Shown here piece after piece: positions 17,556 through 26,143 of a stretch of DNA of 64,000 bases (positions are counted from its first letter, which is position 1; the number at the start of each line of letters is the position of its first letter). The stretch lies in NCBI GenBank assembly GCA_963716255.1, contig OY970303.1, positions 3,904,001-3,968,000 on the forward strand. Direction: 5' to 3'. The stretch is from an uncultured Gemmatimonadales bacterium (GTDB taxonomy: Bacteria; Gemmatimonadota; Gemmatimonadetes; Longimicrobiales; Longimicrobiaceae). The position numbers were made by a program, and so were the translations under genes. The notes under the pieces were generated by a model that was not told the DNA's origin, searched no databases, and was given only the letters and a program-made list of their open reading frames with translations.

Positions 17556-19163
17556 TCAGGCGGAAAGCGAAGGGAGGCGCACCTCGAAGGTGCTGCCCCC
17601 GCCGGGCACGCTGCGCACGGAGATCTCGCCGCCCAGGAGCTGGGCCAGGTTGCGCGCGACGGTCAGCCCCAGCCCCGTGCCCTCGGCCATGCGGGTGGGG
17701 CTCTGCTCCACCTGCCAGAACGGCTCCCAGATGCGCTGCAGGTGCTCCGGCGCGATCCCCACCCCGGTGTCGCGCACCCGGAGCACGGCGCCGCCGTTCT
17801 CCAGCGCCCCGCTCAGCTCCACCTCGCCGTGCGGGGTGAACTTGACGGCGTTGGAAAGCAGGTTGAGGAGGATCTGCCGCGTCTTCGCCGGGTCGGTCCG
17901 CAGCACGGCGCCGGGACCGGGCCCGCGGACCACCAGCTGCACGCGCTTGGCGCCGGCCAGCGGCTCGGCCAGGGAGCCGGCCTCGCGGAGCAGGGCGTCC
18001 AGGTCGGCCTCCTCGGGGCGGATGCGCTCCTGGCCGGCCTCGATGCGCGAGAAGGTGAGGATCTCCTCGATGAGCTGCAGCAGGTGGGCGGAGCTGCTCT
18101 TGATGCGGCCCAGCTGCTCGCGCTGGCGGTCGTTGACGGGGCCGGTGATCCCCGCCTGGAGCAGGTCGGCGTAGCCGATGACGGCGTTGAGCGGGGTGCG
18201 CAGCTCGTGGCTCATCACCGCCAGGAACTCGCTCTTGGCGCGGTTGGCGGCCTGCGCCTGCTCGAAGAGGCGGGCGTTCTCCACGGCGGTGGCGGCGCGC
18301 CGGGCCAGCTCCTCGGCGAGCGACAGGTCGTCGTCGCCGTAGCGGCGCCCGGAAAGGGAGGTGGCGAGCGCGAGCGCGCCGAAGGTGCGCTCGTGCGCGG
18401 CGAGCGGCACCACCATGTACGACACCGGGCCCAGCGCGCGGAAGATCTCGCGCGGCGGGCCCTCCGGGGCCAGCCGGTCGGCGGCGTCCGCCGGCACCCG
18501 GGCCGCCAGCAGGGGGCGCCCGCTGCGGAGCACCTGGGGGACGGGGGTGAGCGGGTTCGACGGGTCCACGCGGTAGGTCTCGGCCAGGCGCGCCAGCAGG
18601 GCGTCGCCGGCGGGGTCGACGTGGGCGGCGGCCACCTGGGGGATCTCGCCGTCGTCGCCCTGCACGTACACCACGCAGTAGTCGGCCAGGAAGGGGACGG
18701 CGAGCCGGGCGACGCGGCTCAGGGTGGCGCGGTAGTCCAGCGACGAGCCCAGGATCGCCCCGGCGTCGGCCAGGAAGGCGATCTTGCGCGCGGCGGCCTC
18801 GGCCTCCTCGCGCGCGGCGTCGGCGCGGAAGCGCTCGCGCTCGGCCCGCTCGGCGCGGCGCCGGTCGGTGACGTCGCGCAGCGCCACCAGGCTGGTGTCC
18901 TCGCCCTCCCAGCGCACCCGCGCCACCCGCAGCTCCGCGTGCACCAGCTCGCCGCCGCGCCGCACGATCTCCACCTCGGTCCCCGCGCCGGCGGCCACGG
19001 GAAAGCCGAGCTCCTCGCCCAGCAGCTCGTCCTCCGTCCTGCCGAAGAGCGCGGCGGCCGCGGGGTTGAGGAAGCGGATGCGCCCCGCCCCGTCCACCAC
19101 GACGATGCCGTCCGCGTTCAGCTCGACGATGGCGCGGAGGTCGGGCAGCAACTCCTCCTTCAC
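17556..19163 (-). CDS. PAS-GAF sensor histidine kinase
   Basis: Motifs MSHELRTPLN, NLLSNAVKFT, DTGVGI and GTGLGL. Confidence 0.93.
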   Translation of the reverse strand: MKEELLPDLRAIVELNADGIVVVDGAGRIRFLNPAAAALFGRTEDELLGEELGFPVAAGAGTEVEIVRRGGELVHAELRVARVRWEGEDTSLVALRDVTDRRRAERAERERFRADAAREEAEAAARKIAFLADAGAILGSSLDYRATLSRVARLAVPFLADYCVVYVQGDDGEIPQVAAAHVDPAGDALLARLAETYRVDPSNPLTPVPQVLRSGRPLLAARVPADAADRLAPEGPPREIFRALGPVSYMVVPLAAHERTFGALALATSLSGRRYGDDDLSLAEELARRAATAVENARLFEQAQAANRAKSEFLAVMSHELRTPLNAVIGYADLLQAGITGPVNDRQREQLGRIKSSSAHLLQLIEEILTFSRIEAGQERIRPEEADLDALLREAGSLAEPLAGAKRVQLVVRGPGPGAVLRTDPAKTRQILLNLLSNAVKFTPHGEVELSGALENGGAVLRVRDTGVGIAPEHLQRIWEPFWQVEQSPTRMAEGTGLGLTVARNLAQLLGGEISVRSVPGGGSTFEVRLPSLSA

Positions 19164-19170
19164 GGGGCCC

Positions 19171-20712
19171 TCATACCGCGCCCGGGTCCTCCACGTCGCC
19201 GCCCGCACCGCCATCCCCCCCGTCGCCGTCCGCGTCGCGGGCGAAGGTGCCGCCCAGGATCCCGCTGATCCCGCGGAACGGCTCGCCCACGTGCATTCCC
19301 GTGGCGTCGATGGTGAACTCGCGGATGTTCTTCTCGTGCGGCGAGCCGCGCATCTTGAGCACCAGCAGCCCCCGCCGCAGCTCTCCGTGGCGCTCCACGT
19401 AGCGCAGGAGGAGGATGGTGTCGGTGAGGGTGGAGATGTGCTTCTCGGTCACCGAGTCGCCGCCGGTGAGCTTGCTGGCGGTGGAGGTGAACATGCCCAC
19501 GATCTCGCGGTGCTTGATGAACGAGGTCAGGTTGATGATGAACTCGCGGAAGCTCCGCAGCGAGGTGACGCGCTCCAGCGCCGACAGCGAGTCCACGATC
19601 ACGCGGCCGGGCCTGAACTCGTCGATGGTGTCGCGCATGCGCAGGAGGTGGTCCTCGATGGGCATGGCGTGCGGGTACACGGGGACCACGCGGAGCATCC
19701 CCTCTTCCGACATGCGCTCGAAGTCCACCCCCCAGCCGCGGGCGTTGCGGGCCAGCTGCTCGCGGCTCTCCTCGAAGGCGAAGAGCAGGGAGCGCTCGCC
19801 GGCCCGGTAGCCGCCGTTCACGAAGTGCGTGACGGTGAGCGTCTTGCCGGTGCCGGTGGCGCCGGACAGGAGGATGACGCTGTCGCGGAAGTAGCCGCCC
19901 CCCACCATGCGGTCCAGCTCGGGGAGCCCGGAGGTGACGCGGGTGTCGGAAGAGCTCTGGGTGAGCTCCATGGCCGAGAGGGGGAGCACCGTGATGCCGC
20001 GCTCCGGCGACACGGTGAAGGGGAACTCGCCGCGCTGGTGCGAGGTCCCCCGGAACTTGAGGATCTCCACGGTGCGGCGGCGCTTCTCCTCCTGCAGCAG
20101 GTTGCGCAGGATGAGCACGTTGTCGGCGACGAACTCCTCCACCCCGTAGCGAGACACCTCGCCGTACTCGTCGATGCGCTCGGCCGTGAACACCACGGTG
20201 GCGCCCAGCTCCTTGAGCGCGGCGGAGATGCGGTACAGCTCGGCGCGCAGCGTCCCGTGGTCGGCGAAGCGCGCGAACAGGGCGTTCACCGAGTCCATGG
20301 ACACGCGCACCGCCCCGGTGCGCTTCACCGCGTGCTCCACGCGGGCGAGCAGGGCGCCCAGGTCGTAGTCGCCCACCACCACCGCCTGGTCGCCGGCGCG
20401 CAGGGCGGCGTCCACGAAGGCCCACTTCCCCTCGCGCTCCCACCGGGCGATGTCCCACCCGAAGCCCAGCATGTTGCGCCGGATGTCCTCGGGGGTGTCC
20501 TCGAAGGTGATGAACACCCCCGACTGGCCGGCGTCGCGGATCCCCGAGGCCAGGAAGTGCGTGGCGAACACCGTCTTTGCGCTCCCCGCGGTGCCGGCGA
20601 TCAGGGTGGTGCGCCCGCGGGGCAGCCCCCCCTCGGCGACCGTGTCGAATCCGGGGATCCCGGTGTGCAGCTTGGTGATCGGCTCGGGGGCCGGCGGGGA
20701 GGCGTGGCTCAT
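19171..20712 (-). CDS. kaiC: KaiC-family double-domain ATPase
   Basis: Two RecA domains (GTAGSAKT, GATGTGKT); EEFVADNV; FEES; ISTLTD phosphosite motif; KMRGS. Confidence 0.92.
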   Translation of the reverse strand: MSHASPPAPEPITKLHTGIPGFDTVAEGGLPRGRTTLIAGTAGSAKTVFATHFLASGIRDAGQSGVFITFEDTPEDIRRNMLGFGWDIARWEREGKWAFVDAALRAGDQAVVVGDYDLGALLARVEHAVKRTGAVRVSMDSVNALFARFADHGTLRAELYRISAALKELGATVVFTAERIDEYGEVSRYGVEEFVADNVLILRNLLQEEKRRRTVEILKFRGTSHQRGEFPFTVSPERGITVLPLSAMELTQSSSDTRVTSGLPELDRMVGGGYFRDSVILLSGATGTGKTLTVTHFVNGGYRAGERSLLFAFEESREQLARNARGWGVDFERMSEEGMLRVVPVYPHAMPIEDHLLRMRDTIDEFRPGRVIVDSLSALERVTSLRSFREFIINLTSFIKHREIVGMFTSTASKLTGGDSVTEKHISTLTDTILLLRYVERHGELRRGLLVLKMRGSPHEKNIREFTIDATGMHVGEPFRGISGILGGTFARDADGDGGDGGAGGDVEDPGAV

Positions 20713-21002
20713 CCTTGCTCCTGGCTGCCGGGCCGCCGCAGACCCAGCGCGGCGACGACCGTCCGCAGGTCGGAAAGGTCGCCCGTCACCCGCCGGGCGG
20801 GAGCGGGGGCCTCCCGGACCACGGTGGGGGTGGTGAGGATGCGGGCGACTTCGGCCCGCTCGGGGTCCTGCAGAACGTCGACCACCGAGTACTCGGCCTC
20901 GCCCTCCGCCCCGGCCCGCACGATGCGCCGCAGGTTCGCGATCGCCTGCTGCGAGCGCACCGAGTCGCCGGCGACGTACAGGGTGAGGCGGAAGGGGTCC
21001 AT
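20709..21002 (-). CDS. kaiB: KaiB-family protein
   Basis: LTLYVAGDS.RS..AIANL...VDVLQDPERAE..RILTTPT...P.RRVTGDLSD. Confidence 0.9.
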   Translation of the reverse strand: MDPFRLTLYVAGDSVRSQQAIANLRRIVRAGAEGEAEYSVVDVLQDPERAEVARILTTPTVVREAPAPARRVTGDLSDLRTVVAALGLRRPGSQEQG

Positions 21003-21100
21003 GTTCCTCGGGGAAGCGGACGTGCGCCGGAGGACAATCCCCCGGGCGGGAGCCAATCTAGCCGGGAGCAGTCCGGCGAAAAAGCCCCGACTGCAGCGGT

Positions 21101-21832
21101 CTACCGGCCCGTTCCGGCCGCTGCGGCCTTCTCGCGCAGCACCGGCTCCAGCGCGGCCCACACCGTCCCCGCCACGCGGCGGTGCCCCTGCTCGTTGGGG
21201 TGCACGCCGTCGGGAAGGTTGAGCGCGGGGTCGCCCCCCACTCCCTCCAGGAGAAAGGGGATCAGGGGGAGGCGGTACTCCCGGGCCAGCTCGGGGTAGA
21301 TGGCCTGGAACTCGGCCCCGTACTCGCGCCCCAGGTTGGGGAGCGCCATCATCCCGGCCAGGACGATGCGGGTGTCCGGCCGCTCGGCGCGCACCCGCTC
21401 GATGATGCGGCGCAGGTTGGCGCGGGTGGAGTCGGGGTCGGCGCCGCGCAGCATGTCGTTGGCGCCGGTCTCCACCACCAGCACGTCGAAGGGCTGGCGC
21501 ATCAGCCAGTCCAGCCGGCGCAGCGCCCCCGCCGAGGTCTCGCCGCTGGAGCCGGCGTTGACCACCCGGAAGGGGAGCCCGGCCGAGTCCACCCTGGCCT
21601 GCACCAGCGCCGGGTAGGCGTCGTCCGGGTCCACGCCCAGCCCCGCGGTGAGGCTGGTGCCCAGGAACAGCACGGTGGGCGCCCCCCCGGCGGGGGCGGC
21701 CGCGGAATTCGCCGCGGCGTCGGCGGCAGGCTGCCGGGTGGCGGGCGCGGAGTTGCCATCCTCCTCCCCGCACCCGATGATCAGGGGGAGGAACCCCATC
21801 GCCAGAACAAGGACCGGTCTGCGGATGCTCAT
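21101..21832 (-). CDS. SGNH/GDSL arylesterase (TesA-like lipoprotein)
   Basis: Motifs GTSLTAG, NAGSSGETS, GAND and DGVHPN; lipobox IIGC. Confidence 0.9.
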   Translation of the reverse strand: MSIRRPVLVLAMGFLPLIIGCGEEDGNSAPATRQPAADAAANSAAAPAGGAPTVLFLGTSLTAGLGVDPDDAYPALVQARVDSAGLPFRVVNAGSSGETSAGALRRLDWLMRQPFDVLVVETGANDMLRGADPDSTRANLRRIIERVRAERPDTRIVLAGMMALPNLGREYGAEFQAIYPELAREYRLPLIPFLLEGVGGDPALNLPDGVHPNEQGHRRVAGTVWAALEPVLREKAAAAGTGR

Positions 21833-22502
21833 CGTTCAGGATCTCCAGAAGTCGTACCGCAGCGGCGGCCGCGAGCTCGTCGTGCTGCGGGACGTGAATT
21901 TTTCGGTTGCCCCCGGCGAGTTCGTCGCCGTGGTGGGCCCCTCCGGGAGCGGAAAGACCACGCTCCTGGGCCTCATGGCCGGTCTGGACCGCCCCAGCCG
22001 CGGCTCGGTGACGCTGGAAGGCACCGACCTGGCCGCCCTTTCCGAGGACGGCCGCGCCCGGCTGCGCCGCGAGCGCATCGGCTTCGTCTTCCAGGCCTTC
22101 CAGCTCATCCCCACCCTCACCGCCAGCGAGAACGTGCGCGTCCCCCTGGAGCTGGGCGGCCGGGACGGCGCCGCGGAGCGGGCGGACGAGCTGCTGGCGC
22201 GCGTGGGGCTGGGCGGGCGCGGGCACCACTACCCCGCCCAGCTCTCCGGCGGCGAGCAGCAGCGCGTCGCCGTGGCCAGGGCCTTCGTACACTCGCCGAG
22301 CATTCTGTTCGCCGACGAGCCCACCGGCAACCTCGATGCCGCCACCGGCCACCGCATCGTGGAACTGCTCACCGAGCTGAACCGCGAGCTGGGGACCACG
22401 CTGATCCTGGTGACGCACGATCCCGACCTGGCGGCGCAGGCGGGGCGCATCATCCGCCTGGCGGACGGCCGCGTGGTCTCGGACGAGGCGACGGGCTCGT
22501 GA
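21825..22502 (+). CDS. ABC transporter ATP-binding protein (YbbA-like)
   Basis: Motifs GPSGSGKT, LSGGEQQR and DEPTGNLD. Confidence 0.93.
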   Translation: MLIVQDLQKSYRSGGRELVVLRDVNFSVAPGEFVAVVGPSGSGKTTLLGLMAGLDRPSRGSVTLEGTDLAALSEDGRARLRRERIGFVFQAFQLIPTLTASENVRVPLELGGRDGAAERADELLARVGLGGRGHHYPAQLSGGEQQRVAVARAFVHSPSILFADEPTGNLDAATGHRIVELLTELNRELGTTLILVTHDPDLAAQAGRIIRLADGRVVSDEATGS

Positions 22503-25117
22503 GGGGCTTCCGCTACCTGGCCGCGCTGGCGTGGCGGGAGAGCCGCTTCGCCCGGCGGCGGCTCTTCCTGTTCCTGTCGTCCATCTCGCTGGGCGTCGCG
22601 GCGCTGGTCGCCACGCAGAGCTTCGCCGCGAGCATGGCGGCCGGGGTGCGCGACCAGGCCCGCGTCCTCATGGGCGCCGACCTGGCGATGAGCAGCACCC
22701 GCGCCTTCGGGCCGCGCGCCCGGGCGCTTCTGGACTCGCTGGGGCGCGCCGGGAACGCCGTCTCGCGCACCACCTCCTTCGCCTCCATGGCCACGCTGCC
22801 GCGCACCGGGGCCACGCGGCTGGCGCAGGTGCGCGCGGTGGAGGGCGGCTGGCCGTTCTACGGCAGCATCGAGACGGAGCCCGCCGGGCGCTGGGGGGAG
22901 CTGCGGCGCGGCCGTGTCCTGCTGGCGGACCCGGCGCTGCTGGTGGCGCTGGGGGCCCGCGTGGGCGACTCGGTGAGGATCGGCGAGGCGTCGTTCCGCG
23001 TGGCCGGGACGCTGCGCAAGGTGCCGGGGGAGACGGGGATCTCCACCTCGTTCGCGCCGCGCGTCTACATTCCCGCCGCTGCGCTGCAGGCCACGGGGCT
23101 GCTGGGAATGGGGAGCCGCGTGGAGTACGAGGCCCACCTCCGCCTGGCCGATCCCGCCGCCGCGGCGACGGTGGACCGGGGATACCAGCGGCGCCTGCGC
23201 CCGGAGCGGGTCGCGCTGCGCACGGCCGAGGGCCAGCAGCGGCGGCTGAGCGACGCGCTGGGGCGGCTGGGGCGCTACCTGGGGCTCATCGGCACCTTCG
23301 CGCTGCTGCTGGGCGGCATCGGGGTGGCGAGCGCAATGGGCGCCTACATGGCGGAAAAGCGCGACAGCATCGCCACGCTGCGCTGCCTGGGCGCCACGGC
23401 GCCGCAGGTGCTCGCCATCTACCTGCTCCAGGCGGCGGCAATGGGGGTGGTGGGGTCGCTGCTGGGCGCCGGGCTGGGGCTGGCGGTGCAGTGGGTGCTC
23501 CCGCGCCTGCTGGAGGACTTCCTCCCGGTGGACGTGGCGATCCGCGCCTCCCCGGCGGCAGTGCTCACCGGGGTGGGCGTGGGCGTGTGGGTGGCGACGG
23601 TGTTCGCGCTGCTGCCGCTGCTGGCGGTGCGGCGCATCTCCCCGCTGGAAACGCTGCGCCGCCGCGTGGCGACCGAGCCGGAGCCCGCCGGGCGCGACGC
23701 CTGGGGGTGGGGCGCCCGCGCGCTGCTGGCCGCCAGCGTGGCGCTGCTGGTGGTGCTCCAGGCGGGGGAGTGGCGCATGGGCCTGCAGTTCGCCGGGGGG
23801 ATCGCGGCGACGCTGCTGGGGCTGGGGCTCGCGGCGTGGGCCGCGGTGCGCGGGGTGCGGCGGCTGCGGGCGGGCGGCCTCCCCTACCCGGTGCGGCAGG
23901 GGATCTCCAACCTGTACCGCCCCGGCAACCAGACGCGCACCGTGGTGCTGGCGCTGGGCTTCGGGGTGTTCCTGCTGGCCGTGCTCTACCTGGTGCAGGA
24001 CAACCTGCTCCGCCCGCTGCGGGTGGGATCGGCGGAGTCGCGGGCCAGCCTGGTGTTCTTCGACGTGCAGGAGGACCAGGAGGCGGGCGTGCGCCGGGCG
24101 CTGGAGGGCGGCGGAATCCGCGTGCTCCAGCGCGCCCCCATCGTCCCCATGCGGGTGGCCGCCATCAACGGAGTGCCGGTGTCGCGCATTGCCCCGCCGG
24201 ACGACGGCGAGGGGCCGGAGGGGCGCGGCGAGGACGGGGAGCGCGAGGGCGGCCGGGAGGGGGAGGGGCGCGGCGGGCCCGAGGGGTGGGCCGTGCGCCG
24301 CGAGTACCGCTCCACCTACCGCGACAGCGTGGTGGGCTCCGAGAAGCTGGTGGAGGGGCGCTTCTGGCGGGCGGGGGAGGCGCGGCGGCCGGGCGAGCCC
24401 GCGCCGGTGTCGCTGGAAAAGGGCATCGCCGAGGACCTGCGGGTGGGGGTGGGCGACCGGGTGACCTGGGACGTTCAGGGGGTGCAGGTGCCCACGGTTG
24501 TGACGTCGCTGCGCGAGGTGGACTGGGCGCGCCTGGAGCCCAACTTCTTCGCTGTCTTCCCCCCGGACGCGCTCGCCGGCGCCCCGCAGACCTGGGTGGT
24601 GATGGCCTCCGCCCCGGACGCGGCCGCCCGCGCCCGCGCCCAGCGCGACGTGGTGCGCGCCTATCCCAACGTGGCCTCGGTGGACCTCACCGAGGTGCAG
24701 GCCGCCCTGGACGACGTGCTGGGCCGCATCTCCCTGGTGATCCGCTTCCTGGCCGGCTTCAGCATCGCCACGGGCTTCGTGGTGCTTCTGGGCGCCGTGT
24801 CGGTGAGCCGGCTGCAGCGCATTCGCGAGAGCGTGCTGCTGCGCACCCTCGGCGCCACCCGCGGCCAGATCGGCAGCATCCTGCTCACCGAGTACGCGCT
24901 GCTGGGGCTGCTGGCCGGGGTGGTCGGCACCGGGCTGGCGGTGGTGGGGGGCTGGGCGCTGGGCCGGTACGTGTTCGAGATGGACAGCTTCGCGGTGCCC
25001 GCGGGCGGGCTGCTGGGGCTGATGGTGGGGATGGCGCTGCTGGCGACCGTCACCGGGTGGTGGGGGAGCCGGGAAACCTTCCGCCGGACGCCGCTGGAGG
25101 CGCTGCGGGACGAGTAG
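22499..25117 (+). CDS. ABC transporter permease (YbbP/FtsX-MacB-like)
   Basis: Two FtsX-type halves; GTGA overlap with the ATPase gene. Confidence 0.9.
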   Translation: MRGFRYLAALAWRESRFARRRLFLFLSSISLGVAALVATQSFAASMAAGVRDQARVLMGADLAMSSTRAFGPRARALLDSLGRAGNAVSRTTSFASMATLPRTGATRLAQVRAVEGGWPFYGSIETEPAGRWGELRRGRVLLADPALLVALGARVGDSVRIGEASFRVAGTLRKVPGETGISTSFAPRVYIPAAALQATGLLGMGSRVEYEAHLRLADPAAAATVDRGYQRRLRPERVALRTAEGQQRRLSDALGRLGRYLGLIGTFALLLGGIGVASAMGAYMAEKRDSIATLRCLGATAPQVLAIYLLQAAAMGVVGSLLGAGLGLAVQWVLPRLLEDFLPVDVAIRASPAAVLTGVGVGVWVATVFALLPLLAVRRISPLETLRRRVATEPEPAGRDAWGWGARALLAASVALLVVLQAGEWRMGLQFAGGIAATLLGLGLAAWAAVRGVRRLRAGGLPYPVRQGISNLYRPGNQTRTVVLALGFGVFLLAVLYLVQDNLLRPLRVGSAESRASLVFFDVQEDQEAGVRRALEGGGIRVLQRAPIVPMRVAAINGVPVSRIAPPDDGEGPEGRGEDGEREGGREGEGRGGPEGWAVRREYRSTYRDSVVGSEKLVEGRFWRAGEARRPGEPAPVSLEKGIAEDLRVGVGDRVTWDVQGVQVPTVVTSLREVDWARLEPNFFAVFPPDALAGAPQTWVVMASAPDAAARARAQRDVVRAYPNVASVDLTEVQAALDDVLGRISLVIRFLAGFSIATGFVVLLGAVSVSRLQRIRESVLLRTLGATRGQIGSILLTEYALLGLLAGVVGTGLAVVGGWALGRYVFEMDSFAVPAGGLLGLMVGMALLATVTGWWGSRETFRRTPLEALRDE

Positions 25118-25211
25118 GACGGACAGGAAGTGCGGAAGCGCGGAACGACGCCCCCATCCGGAAGTCCGGGTGGGGGCGGTCGCGTTCTGAGTGGCGAGCG
25201 TGTGCCTGACG

Positions 25212-25661
25212 CTAGCCCGCCAGCCCCGCACCCGCGGGACGCCGCCAGCGCGCGGCATGCCGGACGAGCAGCGCCGATCCCATGGCCGAGAGCGCGCTCA
25301 GCAGGGTCGTGGAGCCGGCGAACCCGCCGACCAGCTGCCACAGCGGGACCGCCGACGTCGCGGTCCCCAGCATGAACGGGAGCACGCCCACCATCGCACC
25401 GGCCGCCACCCCGCAGGTGCCCACGCGGGACAGCGGCGATTCGTCCAGTCCGCGGCGGCCCTCCGCGATCGCGAGCCCCGCGAAGAAGATCGCGCCGCAG
25501 AGGAAGCCCGGGTACGCCCCGATCGCCACCCACATCTCGTCCATGGAGTCGTCCGGGTCCACGATCTTTCCCAGCAGCACGCCGATGGGCGCCCAGACCA
25601 CGGCCCAGGCCAGGCCCGTCAGGACCGCACCGCGGATGCGTCTCAGCCAATCCGTCTTCAT
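25212..25661 (-). CDS. Hypothetical membrane protein
   Basis: GGAGG RBS; MKTDWLRRIRGA...; about 4 TM segments. Confidence 0.75.
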   Translation of the reverse strand: MKTDWLRRIRGAVLTGLAWAVVWAPIGVLLGKIVDPDDSMDEMWVAIGAYPGFLCGAIFFAGLAIAEGRRGLDESPLSRVGTCGVAAGAMVGVLPFMLGTATSAVPLWQLVGGFAGSTTLLSALSAMGSALLVRHAARWRRPAGAGLAG

Positions 25662-25780
25662 CGTATCCTCCGGAGTCGGGTTTCTGTTTTCGTGAAGTAC
25701 TTTATAACACAAACTAGATGTGCGCAAGTGATCCGTTGGGGTCCGCTTCCGGAAGGAACGGCTCATGGGGAGCCGGATCC

Positions 25781-25909
25781 GGGCGTGCCCCCGGCTGCGC
25801 CGGGGTCGGGCTTCGGCTCCGTAAGCCCGCAAACAACGCGGGCTAACGGAGTCGAGCCCCCGCAAACTGCCGCGGGGTCTCGCCCCTTCGGGCCGAAATC
25901 CCTCACGCG
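25781..25909 (+). repeat. Family A element, copy 8
   Basis: Full match; lies between divergent genes. Confidence 0.95.
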
Positions 25910-25932
25910 GGTTTCGCGCTGGCGTCCGCGAG

Positions 25933-26058
25933 GGCCCCCTCCCCCCGACCCCCTCCCCCAATGCTGGGGGAGGGGGAGAACTACACCTGCAACCGCGGTT
26001 GCCCCCTCTCCCAGGATTGGGAGAGGGTGGCGAGCCTCAAGCGAGCCGGGTGAGGGCC
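25933..26058. repeat. Family B repeat (long form)
   Basis: Two hairpins plus GGGAGAGGGTGGCGAGCCTCAAGCGAGCCGGGTGAGGGCC. Confidence 0.75.
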
Positions 26059-26143
26059 GTGTCCCCCTCGCCTTGTGGACGCCCCGCGCGGAGCCGAGAT
26101 TGCCGCGGGGAGAGCGCGGGCGGTCCACCCACGGGGCGGGAGC

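Noticed and set aside
19171..21002. A bona fide circadian clock
   Set aside because: No kaiA is present in the window, and oscillation cannot be inferred from sequence.
24200..24290. G/E/R-rich stretch in the ABC permease as an insertion element
   Set aside because: It is an in-frame low-complexity loop with no terminal repeats.
25681..25720. AT-rich patch AAGTACTTTATAACACAAAC as a defined operator
   Set aside because: It is probably a promoter or operator, but the symmetry is imperfect and no cognate regulator is adjacent, so it cannot be assigned.
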